A stretch of 64,000 nucleotides of DNA from Massalongia carnosa (taxonomy: Eukaryota): contig OZ287067.1 in NCBI GenBank assembly GCA_965645245.1, positions 3,286,001-3,350,000 on the forward strand. Reading direction: 5' to 3'. Shown here one piece after another: positions 37,427 through 51,793 of this stretch. Both the position numbers and the translations under genes were made by a program. Under the pieces are notes generated by a model, which did no database searches, was not told the DNA's origin, and saw only the letters and a list, made by a program, of their open reading frames with translations. Position 1 is the stretch's first letter; every line of letters begins with the position of its first letter.

Positions 37427-39420
37427 TCAGGACTCTTCTGTCCCCGTCTCCTTGTCCGCCTCAACGTCCGCGTCCTCGTCAGCATCCGCATCGGTGCCGA
37501 GCCCTTCCAACTTTCGCTTCTCCTTGTCCGTCAGCGCCTTGTCCCCGCTGCGCACGGCACGGTCGCTGGCCAGAGTCTGCGCGAACTGGGAGCGTTCGCG
37601 AATGGCGGGCCCGAACCAGTAGAAGATGTAGATGGGGATGGTGATGAGGAAGGCGATGCCGCCAAGGATGGTGGTGGGCCATTCGAGGTGGTACTTGTGG
37701 CCGACATGCTCGTAGACTGTAGGAGTGGGGTTTAACGGTGGGGGTGAAGATTAGGGGTGGGGAACGGCGAGATGGGGAAGAAAGGGGGAGAAACGTACAA
37801 GGCGAGGCGTACATGGCGGCGATGCCGGCAAGGAAATCACGAGCGAGGGCGTTGCCACCGGTGGCGGATGCGGAGTAAGGGCCGTAGCTGGCGATCATGT
37901 AGTCGATGGTGGCCATGTAGATGGCGTACTGGAATCGAGACGATTAGCCATTGCCCTTCCATCCCGCGCCCACGCGATAAAGGAGGATTTTACATTCGCG
38001 ATGCCAATGAGCGTGGCGAAAATCAACGGCGCGATCCACGGAACATGGGGAGGTCCCAAGCTGGTCCATGCAAAGCCCAACAGTCCAATCGTTTCCAGTG
38101 GAGCCACTAGCGATGACGTCAGCATCCTCGACTCCACGCTCTCGGTGGGCATCCTTACCGTACAATAGCCAATAGAGGCGAGCCTCGGGCTGGAGAGCGT
38201 TGGGGTTCTTGCTCCGGATGGCTCGGTGGCGGCGGATAAAGGGGAAGAAGGAAAAGTAGGCGATGAAGTAGCCAATCAACAGGCTGTCCCACATCGTTAG
38301 CCTTCACCCGCCATCCGGCCATGCACAAAACGCACCATATAAACGACAACCCAACCTCGATGGTGTTGAAGTTCCATTGCTTCAGCACGGGTTGAAAGGA
38401 TTCTAAAAAGGTAAAGATCAGGGCGTCGCTGAAACCGCTGAGTAACGACAGACAGAGCACGATCGGCTCTTTGACGAACATCTCAAACGGTCGCACCCAT
38501 GTGATCCAAATGTCCTCCTTGGACATGCGATGTTCTTTGAGCTCGTTGGGCCCCCAGATGTTGGCCTCTCCGGCTTTGCGTCGGCGCCGGGCTTCTCGAT
38601 CCAAGATGATGGTGGATCTTGTCTCGGGCACGAGGAAAAAATGCAAGGCTTGCACGGCGGCGCCGAAGAGCAGTTGGATCCAGAAATTCCAGCGCCATGC
38701 CAGATATTGCTGCATAAACCCACCGGCAATGGGGCCGATGACCGATCCACCCACGGAGGAGAACACCACAAAGGCCACGGCGTACTGCTGGTCATCCGAC
38801 TCCCACATGTCGGCGACCATGCCCAAGGTCACGGAGCCGCCCGCCGAGGAGATGCCGCCGAGGAAGCGACCCACGATGATGGTGGCAAAGTTGGGTGCCA
38901 ACGCACACGGGATTTGCCAGATATTCACCAACATCAAACTGAGCTGCAACACCGGCCATCGCCCCAGCTCCTCGCTCCACGGGGCCCAGAGTTCACTGCC
39001 AAAGGCGTAGGCGATGAGGAAGATCATCTGGCCGACGCGGGCATATTGCAAGCTGATGTCGAAGTGCTTGGACAGCGGCGCAATGGCGTTGGCGTAGACG
39101 CTGGCGTTGAAGTTCATGGAGCACTGCACGGCGAAGATGACGCTCAGGATGGACCATTTCTTCCAGCGGGAATAGCTGAAGCCGAGCTTCTCGTAGCAAT
39201 CGTCGTCTCGAAGCTCAATCTTCCCGTCGGCCCTCTCACGTTTGGGTGGGTTGGCTCCCTCCGCGTCAGGATCGTCCCCGTTCGGCTGGTCGACGCCGGG
39301 TATGGCGGTGTCGCTTGAACTGGTCGCCGCCGAGTAGGTGATCTCATCTTCATCGCTGTTGGGAGGGGAACGGGTGATTTGGTTACGCAAGCCCGAGGAC
39401 ATCATGGCTGCGGCCGACAT
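37427..39420 (-). CDS. MFS multidrug transporter (DHA1-like), multi-exon
   Basis: FSYSRWKKWSILSVIFAVQCSMNFN, WAPWSEELGRWPVL, GRFLGGISSAGGSVTLGMVADMW, WRWNFWIQL, VPETR, VRPFEMFVKEPIVL, YMIASYGPYSASATGGNALARDFLAG. Stop at 37427. Confidence 0.92.
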
Positions 39421-39930
39421 GCTGCTGATGATCACACGAGGAAACCAATACTCTCTAAAGTGCTATCTAGGCTTTTGCCGGATAAGGATGGAGCAGAGAG
39501 GATGTGGGGTAAAGGCTATGTTTTTAAACCGGTTGTAGGAGAAAGGAGATTGTGGGGGAGCGAAGGGAGCGCTCCTGTCACGGACTCATGCTGGGGGGAA
39601 TCTGGCCCAAAGTGAAAATGCACCGGGAAACGTAAAAGCTCATGCAAATCTTCCCAATGCCAACTGCGAAATGCCAAAATGCCAAATGCGAAATGCTCAT
39701 CGACGCCAATGAAAGCAGTTCAACGACGAGCCACGGTCCATGAAGCTCCCGAGCGTGGAGGAAGAATTCCTAGTTCCGAGTTAAAGAGGGTTTAAAAAAG
39801 GTCATCCGAGGTAAAAGAGCTCTCTCTCTCCCCCCTTGGCCTCGGGGATATGCATGTCGTCATAGGCGTTGGGTGTAACTCACTCGGCCTTAGCGCAAGC
39901 GTTCGTTATCATCCAGAGAAGGAAGGGAGC

Positions 39931-40003
39931 AGTCAACAATCAACAGTCAACAATCAACAGTCCACACTCAACAGGCAACAGGCAACAGGCAACAGGCAAC
40001 AGG
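39931..40003. repeat. Degenerate 7-bp tandem repeat (CAACAGG/CAACAGT/CAACAAT)
   Basis: About 10 units between the divergent MFS and ligase genes. Confidence 0.85.
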
Positions 40004-40823
40004 CGGCAGTCAGCCTCAGTCAACACCTTCTTCACCTTCTTCCTTTCCCGTTGACCTCTCGTTGCTAAGACAGATCCTGTAGGGCCAACTCCACATGCTA
40101 GTTGTCGTATTACATAACATGACGTTGCCAATTCATCGACTTTCATCAACTCGATTCAAAATCCAATGGACTTCACTGACCACCTCGCTCTTCCTTGTCT
40201 TTCATCCTTCATCCTTCATCCCCACCCCTACTGCCCCATCACGAGGCATGAGAAAATCCTTTCATTGCCAGCCAATCACAACGAACCAACCAGGGAGAAA
40301 GCTTATCGATCAATTAAACGTACCAAGCTTTCTGCCCCTCGGCTCAATGCTTATCATGATGGTCTAACCCGATCCTGTCGTACTTAAAAAGCCTTTCCAC
40401 CGATCAAACGCTTCGATCAACGAGAGGCGAAAGCGCAAGGGTCATCACGCACAAAGCCCCTGTCGCTCCACGTGACACCAGTGATCTTCTGCATCTACAG
40501 AGTACAGAGTACTCCGTACTCTGCAGGATTGTACAGGATTGTCGGGATTGGGTTAAGAACTAGACCGAAGAGGCTAAATCATCCCCGTCGAAACGCGCTT
40601 GGATGACGACTACAACCTTCCACTTCTCCGTGAACATAGACCGGAGATGATTTTCAAGGTATTAGCAGCGTCGAGTGTCGCGCTATTTAGCGTGATTAAC
40701 GAGTAAATACAACGACCCATAGAATTCGGATCTTTAAATCACAACATGCCACTCGTCAGCGTGTGGCAACCGTTCCATTCGGTGCGGTGCGGTCCTGGTT
40801 CGTGAGATTATCGTCAGATCCCG

Positions 40824-43800
40824 ATGCCTCTCCTGTTCGTCCACTTCTGCAATCTCCTGGCTGACCTGGAAGCATATTCGTCCAGCGAGCCATCGTTCCC
40901 GACTGCGGAGCGCAACCAGCTCTATCGGCAAACCATCATCCGATGGATTCGCGCTCACCAGGTTTCCATCAACTCCCCCACCGTGGATGCTGTCGTCGTG
41001 CTGTCGTCGTTGTTTCCCGCACGACGGACGGATCGTGTCTATAGCATTCAAGTCCGATGGCTATCAAAAGCGCTTAGGCGCTGCTTGAGTTTGGGGGAGG
41101 GCCGATGGCAGCTGTTGGATCAGTGGATGAAACCCGGCCGAGGAGATCTTGGGGACTGTGTGGAGCGCGTTCAACGCCAGGCCGAGAATGCGGTTCCGAT
41201 CCCGGGGTGCGAGGTGACGCTGGAAGAGATCGATGCGACGCTGCGAGGGATTGCCAAAGCATGCCGCTTCTCTGCCCCCAGCGTGAATGCCACTGGGCTG
41301 AGCAACGACATGACCAAAGCGGACGCGTTGAAGCGTGTCTATGTCCGGTTGCAGTCGAGGGAGGCCAAATGGTTCACCAGGTTGATCCTCAAAGACTACG
41401 GAAGTTTAGAGCTAAACGAGCCAATGGTGCTGAGCATGCTTGATTTTCGCTTGCCCACGATGATCAAAAGGCAGGACAGTTTTGAGTCTGCGGTGCACTC
41501 GCTGCGAGGGTGGAAAGAAACCGAAACCTTATCGCTAGAAGAGACGGCCCCCGGCGATGGGAGTAGTCCGAGAACACTAATGCCCAAAACCGGCATCAAG
41601 GTGGGCCGGACGACGTACATGAAAGGACGTAGCATCAGGCATGCGGTGGGCATGATCCATGGCCGGACGATGAGCGTAGAGCGAAAGTATGACGGAGAGT
41701 ACTGTCAAATCCACATCGATCGATCAAAGGGCGAGTGTTGTATCCAGATATTCTCGAAAAGCGGCAAAGACTCAACTAATGACAAGGAAGCTATGCATCA
41801 ACCAATCAAGGATGCTCTTCGGATCGGGCAAGAAAACTGTGGCGTTTCCAAGAATTGCATCTTGGAGGGGGAAATGGTTCTGTGGAGCGATCGCGAAAAT
41901 AAAATTCTACCTTTCCACAAAATCCGAAAGCATGTGAGTCGCTCGGGATCGTTTTTGGGAACACGGTTGGACTCACAGTACGCTTCTTTCCCCATCGAGT
42001 GTGTCTAGCTGACTTTGGCAAGACCCCATCCTCATGAACATCTGATGATCTATTTTTACGATATTATGCTCATCGACGATGCTCCTGTCCTTGACCTCCC
42101 TCACGCGGCTAGAAGGTGTGAACTGAAGCGACTGGTAACGCTGAGAAAGGGAAGAGCGCAGTTGGTCGAACGACAGGAGGTGCAGTTCGATTCACCCCGC
42201 GGCCCCAAACGACTGCAGGAAATACTTGCCCACGCATTTGTCAATGATTGGGAGGGCCTGGTCCTAAAACCTTCTCATGAGCCGTACTTTCGGGCCTTCG
42301 GTCAGCCGACCGACTCTTTTGCGAGTTGCTGGATCAAGCTAAAGAAAGACTACATTGCTGGTTTGGGGGATACTGCAGATTTGGCCATCGTGGGTGCCGG
42401 TTACAGTGCTTCTGAATCGGCCAAGCGGGGAAAGAAGACTCTCAGTTGGACCCATTTTCATATTGGATGCCTCACGAACAAGAAGGCTGTCATAAGTTTG
42501 GGAGCCAAGCCTCATTTTGTCGTTGTCGATGCCTTGAACGCTTGTATCACGCTGGCCGATATCGTGACTCTGAACCAATATGGCCAATTTCGGGCAATGC
42601 CGTTATTGTCTGATGAAGCCATCGAAGCATTCACCCTGGATGTTTTACCTGGGGTGTCGAAACCATCCGTGGCGTTCAGGGAACCGTTTGTTTTTGAAGT
42701 GATGGGAAGCGGGTTTGACAAGCAGCCGAATCAAAAGATCTACACCCTTCGCTTTCCAAGGGTTCTGAAAATTCACTGGGATCGAAGCTGGAAGGAAGCG
42801 GTCAGTTTGGACGAGTTGCAAGATCTAGCCAGCAAGGCCATCGCGCTTTCTTCACAGGACGATGCTCCTGTCGTCTGGGTTGAGCGTTTGGAACAAGTCG
42901 ATAAGCGTTCGAATGGGGATATGACTCCTTGGTATGACTCCCAGGACGAAGCGGAGCTGGAGCCACCAGTGGTCGGCATGAATTCAAGAGCCATTCAGCG
43001 GACTGCAAACTTGGTGGCCCCGCCGATGGTCCGAATAGATACAAAAGAAATGACGGCTACGGAGCAACTCATGGCGTTTGACGACGCGGGCGAATCTTCC
43101 CTTTCTAACTTTCCGACCATCCTTCCAGAATGTTTCCAAGCTGTTAGGAACTCCAGGCAGCAGTCAGCCACGGTGGCCTTGGAGTCCCAGAGTACCTCTC
43201 GGAAGCGAGCTGCAGCATCTAGAAACGAATCAAAGGCAGACGTGGCGGTGAAGAAGGCAAGATTTCGTTCACCTTCGATTCATTTACCAGAGAAACATAC
43301 CTCCCCAGCGGTTCCCTCCTCACTCACACATCATGAGCCTTTACAACCCATCGCCAACGTTCCCGCTGGCCCTCGAATAACTCCGTCCATCAAGCCAGCC
43401 AAGTCAAGAAACTTGACGGAACTGCTATTCGTACGCAAAATGGCAGCTGGCAGCCAGCGCGGACCCACACGATTCAAAAAAATCGTCGATGCTTCCTCGC
43501 CGGAAAGAGAGACCACAGCCTCCGAATGCTCGACTGGCGGACCTTCCCAGCTCACCGAATGTTCCCCAACATCGAGCTCCATCAAGGCGAAATCGCCTGA
43601 ACATATCGCACCTGCCATCTCCCCGGCCTCCCACTCGAAGCGACCGTCGAGCTCAGAATCTCGCAATTCACCCGGGCAACCCACTATCCGCATCCCTAGC
43701 CTGGCCCGTTCGAAGTTCATCCTGAGCCCTTGCCTGGAGGGGTTGAGCGACCTCCGCCAAACCCTCCTCCAGTCCGCTCCCGGCAACGTCCTGCCTTTTC

Positions 43801-44186
43801 CATCCCTCACCAGCACCTCTCCCCCGCTTGAAAACACCCATCCCAGAGATATCGTCCTCCTCGTCGAGTCTGGCCGCGAGCTCAACACTGCCAACCAGCT
43901 GAATCGGCTCGTGGTAGCCATACCCCGAGGGAAGCCTGCGGCCATTGCGGTATGGGACTGGAGGCTGGTGAAGGATTTGACGAGATGGGGTAGCGGGGAT
44001 CGTGAAGGGCGCGAGGTCGGGAAGGCGGAGGCGAAGCGTCGTTTTTTTTGCAGGATGGAATGGTTGGCTGCTGGGGGGATCGAGGTCCGGTGGCAGGATG
44101 GGAGGGTTACAAGGGTACCGGAGGGGTCCCGAGGAGGGGCGATTGAGGAGGAAGGGGACGAGGATGGTAGAAGGGCGCGTGCATGA
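40824..44186 (+). CDS. ATP-dependent DNA ligase-family protein (divergent, ligase IV-like core, no evident BRCT), 2 exons
   Basis: Motif I VERKYDGEY, IQIFSKSG, motif III ILEGEMV, IIIa IYFYDIM, IV WEGLVLK, V WIKLKKDYI, VI TLRFPRV. Intron 41978-42022. Confidence 0.9.
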
Positions 44187-47100
44187 GGAAGGGGGAGTTA
44201 ACGATGGAGAGGGATGAAGCGCCAGTTCGTCTTATAATTAGTTAATCTAGGTGCGAATGCGGGCTCCCGAAGGCGGCAAACCGATGGGCCAAGTACCTTT
44301 CTATCTGCCCACGTCGTTACGTCAGAGCATGCTTGTTGTATACATATAAGGGCAACTCTGTCGAGAAAGCCTTTAGGATACACAGATTTGGTTTTCTTTT
44401 CTTTTCCCGCTCCTTTTTTCTTCTCTTATCACTTCCATCATACCCCTCACTTAACCTCTGAAGAAAATCGACTGTTCAGGAATGGGTGCTGTTATTCTGT
44501 TCGTTTGACGATTCTTTAATCGATCGATGGATTCTATTCTGTCGAATGTGTTTGTTTTTATGGAGGGTGGTGGGAGGGTGAGACGAATCGTCTTTCTTTT
44601 CCTGAATTTTTCTTTTCTTTCTTCTGGATAGATAGGTGGGCGGATAGGTACATATATACACATACAACAAGAACGATGATAACAAGTTCATCCACATCCC
44701 CGAAGGGACTACCGCCTATTTATTTTAATTTAGTTAATTAAATTCCTACCAAAGCCATACCAACCTAAAATATATATATCTTTAAGATATATAATTACGT
44801 TAAGAGCGATATAAATCTTGACATCTGCTATCTTAGCATGCGAGTGAAGTTAGTGACTCTACGGGGTTTGGATTTAGTGCTACGATACAGAATGTGTGTA
44901 AGGGAAAAAGGCACTTCCCATGAAAGCATCAGGTAATAAATAGGAAACAGGCGCGGTAGAATTTTTTGCATTTTATGTAGAATCTCCAGAGTGGAAATAA
45001 TCGTTATAAAAATGACATGTCATAACCTAAGGTTGGATCGAGGGCAAATCTGTATCTACTAAGGGTGATTGACTGGTGGATGGGTTGTGAGGAAGTTGGA
45101 TCACAGCAACAAGATTACCAAGCAACTGCGGCACTGAGATAAATACTCCGCAAACCCAACTGCAGTTTACCCCTATTGCATCAGACATGACTGACTAGCA
45201 TCGCTTCAATCCATTCCAGCTTCAGGTTGCACACCCACTCTTCTCATAGCTGATCTAATCAGCTCTCGACACAGATCCATGAAACTCGAAAGCTTCCTGT
45301 ATCGGGCTTGGCCGCCGATAGGTGCAAGGCAACTTGTTTCTCTAAACACGCTGATATACGATTGACTTAATAGTACAAGTAATCGAACACGTGAAATAGA
45401 GTGCGAGATAGCCCCCCCCACGAGACTCTATACTGATAGGCCTCGTTAAGATGGAGTTCCTGTAGTAGTTTGGGGGTAGGATTGAGCAATTAATGGAGAG
45501 AAGTTATTACGGTCGATCTAATGCAATAAATAAATGGGATGGATAGGGCGATAGATGAAGGAGTAGTCTAGAACGATGATAGATAGAATTCTAAACGGAG
45601 TGGTTGAAGATGGAAAAGAGAAGGTTTAGTCATACGGGTCAGGCTGAACCCGTTATTCCCCATCTTACCTGCTCTGTACCTACTCTTACATTGTAAAATC
45701 TCCCAGACATAAGGGTTCTATGCAGCCGGTCAACCAGCAAACGCATATCATAGTTTCTGTAATCCTAACTACCTGCTTGAAGCTTTGACGGTACTGAGGA
45801 GGTTAACCGGGTACTGAGAGTAAGTAGATACGAATAAGGGTTGGAAGAAGGTAGACTTCTGCTCACGAAAAAAGAAAGAGGGAGATAGCAAGATGCTCAG
45901 ATATTCTAGGCAACGGCTTAGGGTACTAGAAATGCTTCTCGCACGGTGCTGGGATGGCCATGAAAATCGTGGTGGAGGACCATTGCCGGTTGCTCTCGCT
46001 TCTTTCCTATCTCCCAATGACAGGGAGTCTTTTATTTTGACTTGAATGTTCACAAATCTGGGACCAACTGTTTTGGTTAATTTTTCTGTTAGCTGGAGGC
46101 TGATAACCCATTTCGATAGTATATACAGGCAATCTGGAAGTAGGCATTGCTAACAAAAAGGTTAGGGGCACCTAAGGTTGAACTTCCTCCTTTTCTTTTT
46201 TACGGTATGTCGAAGATGTATGGGGAGTTAGATAGGTAAGGGATATTGTGCACCGTTGGTATTTTAAATCATCTCTTCCTTCTCCTTTCCAAACCTGTTT
46301 CAAGAAGCACCTAGTCACCATTGCTAAATTTGTAGAATAAGATAGGTAAACACGAGCTTGTTCATAACTTCATTAGCTCGAGCAAGACCTTTTAGAACAA
46401 TAATCTTAGTCAAGAAGGATAGACTTCTTCTGACGATACGAAAATCGGAGAACAGGTTTTTATATGATTAAGCCCACCCAGTTGTTAGCTTATTTGGTAG
46501 TAGAAAGAAGCTAGCCTAGACTTTGAAAGAAATCTACAGCGTAGAAGATTACCATGGAGGCCACCTCATAAAGTCGTCAAATTAGAGTCATTTTGACAGT
46601 CTAAGAAATCATAGCCTGAGGAAGGAAAGTAGAGCCTCTATGGTTGGTTCTCAGGCGCTAGATTATTTTCGAGGGAATGAGGATCTGACTTTGAATTGGG
46701 CAGGATATGCGACGCTAATATGAGTGGATGATGTAGGATGGGGTGGATATAACCTCGGGGTTTGATTGTGGCACATTTAATAATAATAGAGTGTTTGGGA
46801 AAATCGACGAGGCATTCAGGGAACTGAGCGGTCGAGAAAGAGGAACATGAAGTGCAGAACAAAAACAAAAGCTAGAAGCAAAAAGAACCCCAAACACCCG
46901 GAAAGAAGGAAAACGCCTGACTTCCAAGGATACATCCTATCCTGATAGAGAATACGCTCTCCATAGCTCAACAACCCAGCCCCGACTCTCAAACCCTCGA
47001 AAGCCGAAAACCAACAATCCCTCTCGCTTAAGAAAACAAGAAAAACAGGTTGAAAAAACCCGCATCTACTCGCCCCTCAAAAAAAACTAGCCAGTCAGTT

Positions 47101-47656
47101 ACATTGAGATAACGTATCACAAACCAAGCTGAGAGAGCTAGCTTAGTTAACTTAGATCTTGAAGTACATAGTAGGTGGGTAGGTATGGAAACATAGGCGA
47201 TCAGGTATTGGTTGATGGCGCACCTACTTACTCAAGCCTGAGGCGAGGATTGTTGAGGACGGACGGTGGGTGGATGAATGGAGGGAAGGAAGAATTGTAT
47301 TCAGACATGTTGGCAAGGGTAGGGTAACTAGGATATTCGGGATGTCGGTTTTGCCGAAAGGCGGTTTAGTTGTAGGGTTTCCTTGGCGATGAAGGTGTTT
47401 AAACGAGAAAACGCAATTTTTCATTGAACACCTTGGTTAATCACAAGAAAGTGCTAAACAGTGACTAAAAAGAGTAAGACGAGACCCTTGCAGTCAAATT
47501 TTTGGCCTTGATTAATAAAAAGCTAAGGTTTCCTTAGTCAAGAAGGATCGCACGACTGTCTCCATCCGCAGCTCATTGCTAAGCTTCTACCCCTCTCTTA
47601 ACTTGTCATCCACCACCATGAACAATGCGAGCGGAGTTTTAGCCCAGATCCAGCCC

Positions 47657-48511
47657 CTAGCCACGCCGTTCCAGTTCTCCCAGCATCACCCAGTTCTCGT
47701 CTTCCGCATGCTTCCCGACCACCATCCAATCGTTGTTGTCGTTGCGAGTGAGAGCTTTCGGATTGTGCACCGTCACAGCTGATTCAACAGACTTCACCGG
47801 GAGTGTCGGCTGAGTTACATTCCCTGGGAACGGTGTTCCGGTGAATTGAAGTGGACGGTTCCACCCGGGAGGATTCATCTCGCGGACCTTTGTGAATGGC
47901 TCTCCACGGAGATTCTGGTAGGTTAGATATTGACGCAGGCGTGGGGTATTTAGAAACGTCTGAGCCTTGAGAATTCTTACAGTCAGTCTTGAAGCACTGG
48001 AGAGAAGATCTTGGGAGTTCCTACAGCTTTGGATGCAACCCAGAACGCAAAGTGCGAATCCTTAGCGTGGGTCTTCGATGTATATTCCTGTATGCCACCA
48101 GAACCAATCAGCAACCCGAGACCCCTCAGAAGAGACAGAGCCTACCCTTGTCCCCAGGAGCCAAGTTGTTCCCTCAGAATCCGTACCCATAAACTTGACG
48201 GAAAAGGGGCCTTCTTTGTAGTAGATTTCACGCTGAGGAATGGCACCTTAGTTTTAGCATTGACGAGAGATTTGGACGGCATATATATTTACCAGAACCT
48301 CAGTCATTCTATGCCGATCTTCAGTCGGCAGTTCTCGTACGGTCAACTGAGAAATGAAGCCAGCAAACGCTCGACCACGCTCAACAGAATTGTATGCGAT
48401 AATTTTGGTGAGAACCGCGCCTGTCTTGACAAGCCACTCGATCCATTCCTCATTTGTTGCAATGCTCACAGGCGTGGACAGATCCCATTTAATATTTGAG
48501 GATGCAGACAT
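47657..48511 (-). pseudogene. Hypothetical intron-containing gene, probably degenerate
   Basis: ATG 48511 MSASSNIKWDLSTP...; apparent GT..AG introns with branch sites; last exon ...MNPPGWNRPLQF...ELERRG*. I could not join the exons without a frameshift or stop. Confidence 0.35.
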
Positions 48512-50238
48512 GTTGTATCGAATGAAACAGTCCGACGAGAGTATTTGAAAATCCTAATGAGCTGCAAACGGGTGATTCTTGAGAAAGATAGAATGAGAAG
48601 AAGCACGATGCGATCACCAAATTAAATATAAGCCGCTGGATGAGGGTGATGGGCAGTTTCTGAGTGTTGCAAGACCATTCCTAATTGATTCACTCGACTT
48701 GTCCGGATATCTAGATGATCCATGCCGGAAAAGAAGATTTTCCTAGTAGCTGGTTGGATGAATTTCTTCCTAAACACGTTTTGCCTAGATCTGGCGGACG
48801 CACGGTAGCATATGCGAAAATGCCATATAGTTGAAGCGAAGGCCGCCATTCGCATATTGGATCGGGTTTCCATTGCCATATGACTGATTGGAGTATTGAT
48901 GGATCTTCTTCTTCTTCTTCTATCTCCTATTTTCGATTAGGTTCAAGCGTATATGTTGCAACCGTTTCGAATTCTCATATTTTCTGACATCATGCTAGCC
49001 CTAAATCGGTTTTCGTCATGGCTGCCCCATGGCTTTTCCTGCAAATCTCAAGGCAGAAAACTTGCTGCCAGTTTCAGAACTAAGGTATCCATACTGCATG
49101 CAACTCCTCCAATCTTTGTATTAATTTCAGGACCAAACAATCAAACCTCCTTTCTTGCACAATCCAACTTTTTCGTGTTGCCTTGCTCGTTTTCTATCAA
49201 TCACAGAGAACCTTTCATCGCGATAGTTTAAGCGCTTACGAGAGAGCATGGCTTAGAACAAGTAATTGTGTCATCTCTTTAGGTACAACGGTTTTTTCTT
49301 CTGATAGGACATTCATGATCGACTAATAGTATTTTCAGATCAAACCGCTAATCATATACTAGTCCTTGCTGCTCGCATATATAGCCTAACTACATCCGTT
49401 GTCTTTATTCCCAGGCCCGAGATTATACGCCATCTCCAGCATTCTTCTCACCTTGAATCAACTTCGGGGCACCAGGAATACAGCCACTAAGACGGCTCCT
49501 GATAGTATGGTAGTATCCGGATATCACCCCACAAGTTTTCCCTCATTATAGCATCCTCATGGAACGCTATTTTACCCGTAAAAATGGGCAACAACCTTTC
49601 CGGAAGAACACATACTATTCCGATGACATAGCGGTGTAGCCCGAGAGTCTGGCAGTTGTGAACGATTATAATCGTGACCGTGCTCGGTGGGCACTTGCCT
49701 TTGCCTTTTCGCCAAAGTCGATACTGGAGCAAGAGCTGATATCCCAAAGGCTCGGTGATTTCCTCATAGATAATATCAAGGGCGAGGCCCATGAGGAGAG
49801 GAGCCCTGATATATGAGACGTTGGTATGACTTCGCTATATTTGACTGCTTGATCAATTCGACCCATCAGGCGTGGGTTCACTTCGCGATCGATTATCTCT
49901 ATATGGTAATGGTGCTGCAGGTGTGCTGTAAGTTCTATCCTATCACAGGCTTCTGATCTTCCTGGCTCTCAGCTCGTTAACGAAGGTAAAGGTACGCAAC
50001 ACCACGTTATCAAAAGAAATGGTAAGCCGCCGGATCGAGATGCGCACTGATAGACCAGATTTCACTTCACACTTGCTCAGAAATGCTAACAACGAAGAGC
50101 TCACTATTCATGAGATCGCGGCGCAAGCGAGCAACTCGATTTTAGCTCGGAGCGAAACCACTTGAACAGCACTATCGCGGCCACGCACCATATTACAAAA
50201 TATCTCGAAGTCTTATAACAAGGCTCGGAACGCATTTA

Positions 50239-51577
50239 TAGTCTCGTGCCAAAAGTCTGCGGCCCAACCCGTAATTTTCGTGATTTCGCGTTTTCAACTC
50301 ATCAACCCCCCATCTTCCACCTCATCATTTCACCATGCTTCGTGCTTCTTTGACCCCCATAAGTGGTAATCGGCCTCGTAACACTGAATTGACGCCATAT
50401 CAACGTGGTATGATTGTTGGGGCCCAGGCATTGGGGCACACACCGACCGAGATTGGGAAGACTCTTAATTTCACTAAATCGACCGTGCAGAGCACCATTC
50501 AGAAGCACTCAATTCGCAACGACGGCGTGTCTAAATCACGTTCTGGACGGCCTGAAGTGCTGTCAGAACGCGATCGACGTTATATCATCAAGCATGCACG
50601 AATCAATCCACGAATCACTTATGCACAAATCAAACTAGAAGTGGGGCTCGGCTGCAGTCGTACGAATATTTATCGGGCACTTAAACTGTATGGTTTAACT
50701 AACTGGGTGGCTAAAAAACGACCTTTATTGACGCCTGAGGTGGCCAAGAAATGATTGGATTGGTGCTTGCTGCGGCGTGAGTGGACTTTTGAGCAGTGGT
50801 CAAGAGTTATATGGTCAGATGAGTGCTCGGTGGAAAAGGGGTCAGGAAAACAGCGTCAGTGGGTGTTCAGATTGCCGAAAGAAAAATGAAATAAAGAGAT
50901 GATACAACCTGTCCCCAAAGGCAAAGGAGTCAGTGTCATGGTCTGGGCAGCTTTTTGGGGAGATGACAGGTCAGATCTTTACAAATTGGCTCGTGATTTT
51001 GCTGCGAAGAAGATGGGGTACTCGGCGAACTCATATATGGAATTATTGAACGATAATCTGCTTGGAATTTGGCAACCGGGCCTCATTTTCATGCAGGATA
51101 ACGCACCTATACATAAGGCTAAAAAGGTGATGGAATGGTTCAATGAGAACGGCATAGAGGTCATCGATTGGCCCCCCTATTCACCTGATTTAAATCCCAT
51201 CGAGCACGTTTGGTATGTGCTCAAAAAGCTCGTCTATCAAGTCAACCCGAACATAGATTTGGTGATCGGCAGTGATGAAACTGTTCGTGAGGTACTTTGG
51301 AAAGCGTTAGAAGAAGCCTGGACGTTGATAGATGTGAAAATGATGAGGAGGTTAATAGAGAGCATGAATAGGAGGATAAAAGCGTGTATAGCGTCGGAAG
51401 GATGGTATACTAAATATTAAAAATCAATTTTTTGGGGGAATTCTTGTTTAGTATGTATGTAATCATTATGTAAAGTTTCAAGACATTTCAGCAATCGTGA
51501 CGTGGTTGATTGTTGATTGAATAGAATGATTGAAATGTTGGTGGGGTGCGGGGCCGCAGACTTTTGGCCTAGTACTG
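50239..51577 (+). mobile_element. Tc1-family DNA transposon (DD34E), full length, decayed
   Basis: TA|tagtctcgtgccaaaagtctgcggccc ... gggccgcagacttttggcctagtactg|TA: imperfect ~27-bp TIRs and TA target duplication. Confidence 0.93.
50335..51420 (+). pseudogene. Tc1 transposase with two in-frame TGA stops
   Basis: Single frame: HTH (ELTPYQRGMIVG...RSGRP), WSDECSV, FMQDNAPIH, SPDLNPIEHVW (34 aa between second D and E). Stops at 50752-50754 and 50887-50889. Confidence 0.92.
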
Positions 51578-51793
51578 TATCAGTAATGCTGATATAACTT
51601 TCTTGCCGTTAACATCTTCCGTACCTCGATGCCATGATACAGAAGACAATCCGAGTGAATCCACTGATCGTCAATGGCCTTGCTTGAGAAGTGCCATAGC
51701 CAGGAGCAATCATTGCTGGTTATTGGGTCGCCCCAAAGAGTGGGGTGTTCTCTTCGCCCCCATTGGAATATATCTTTGCTTATCCTTAAATAG

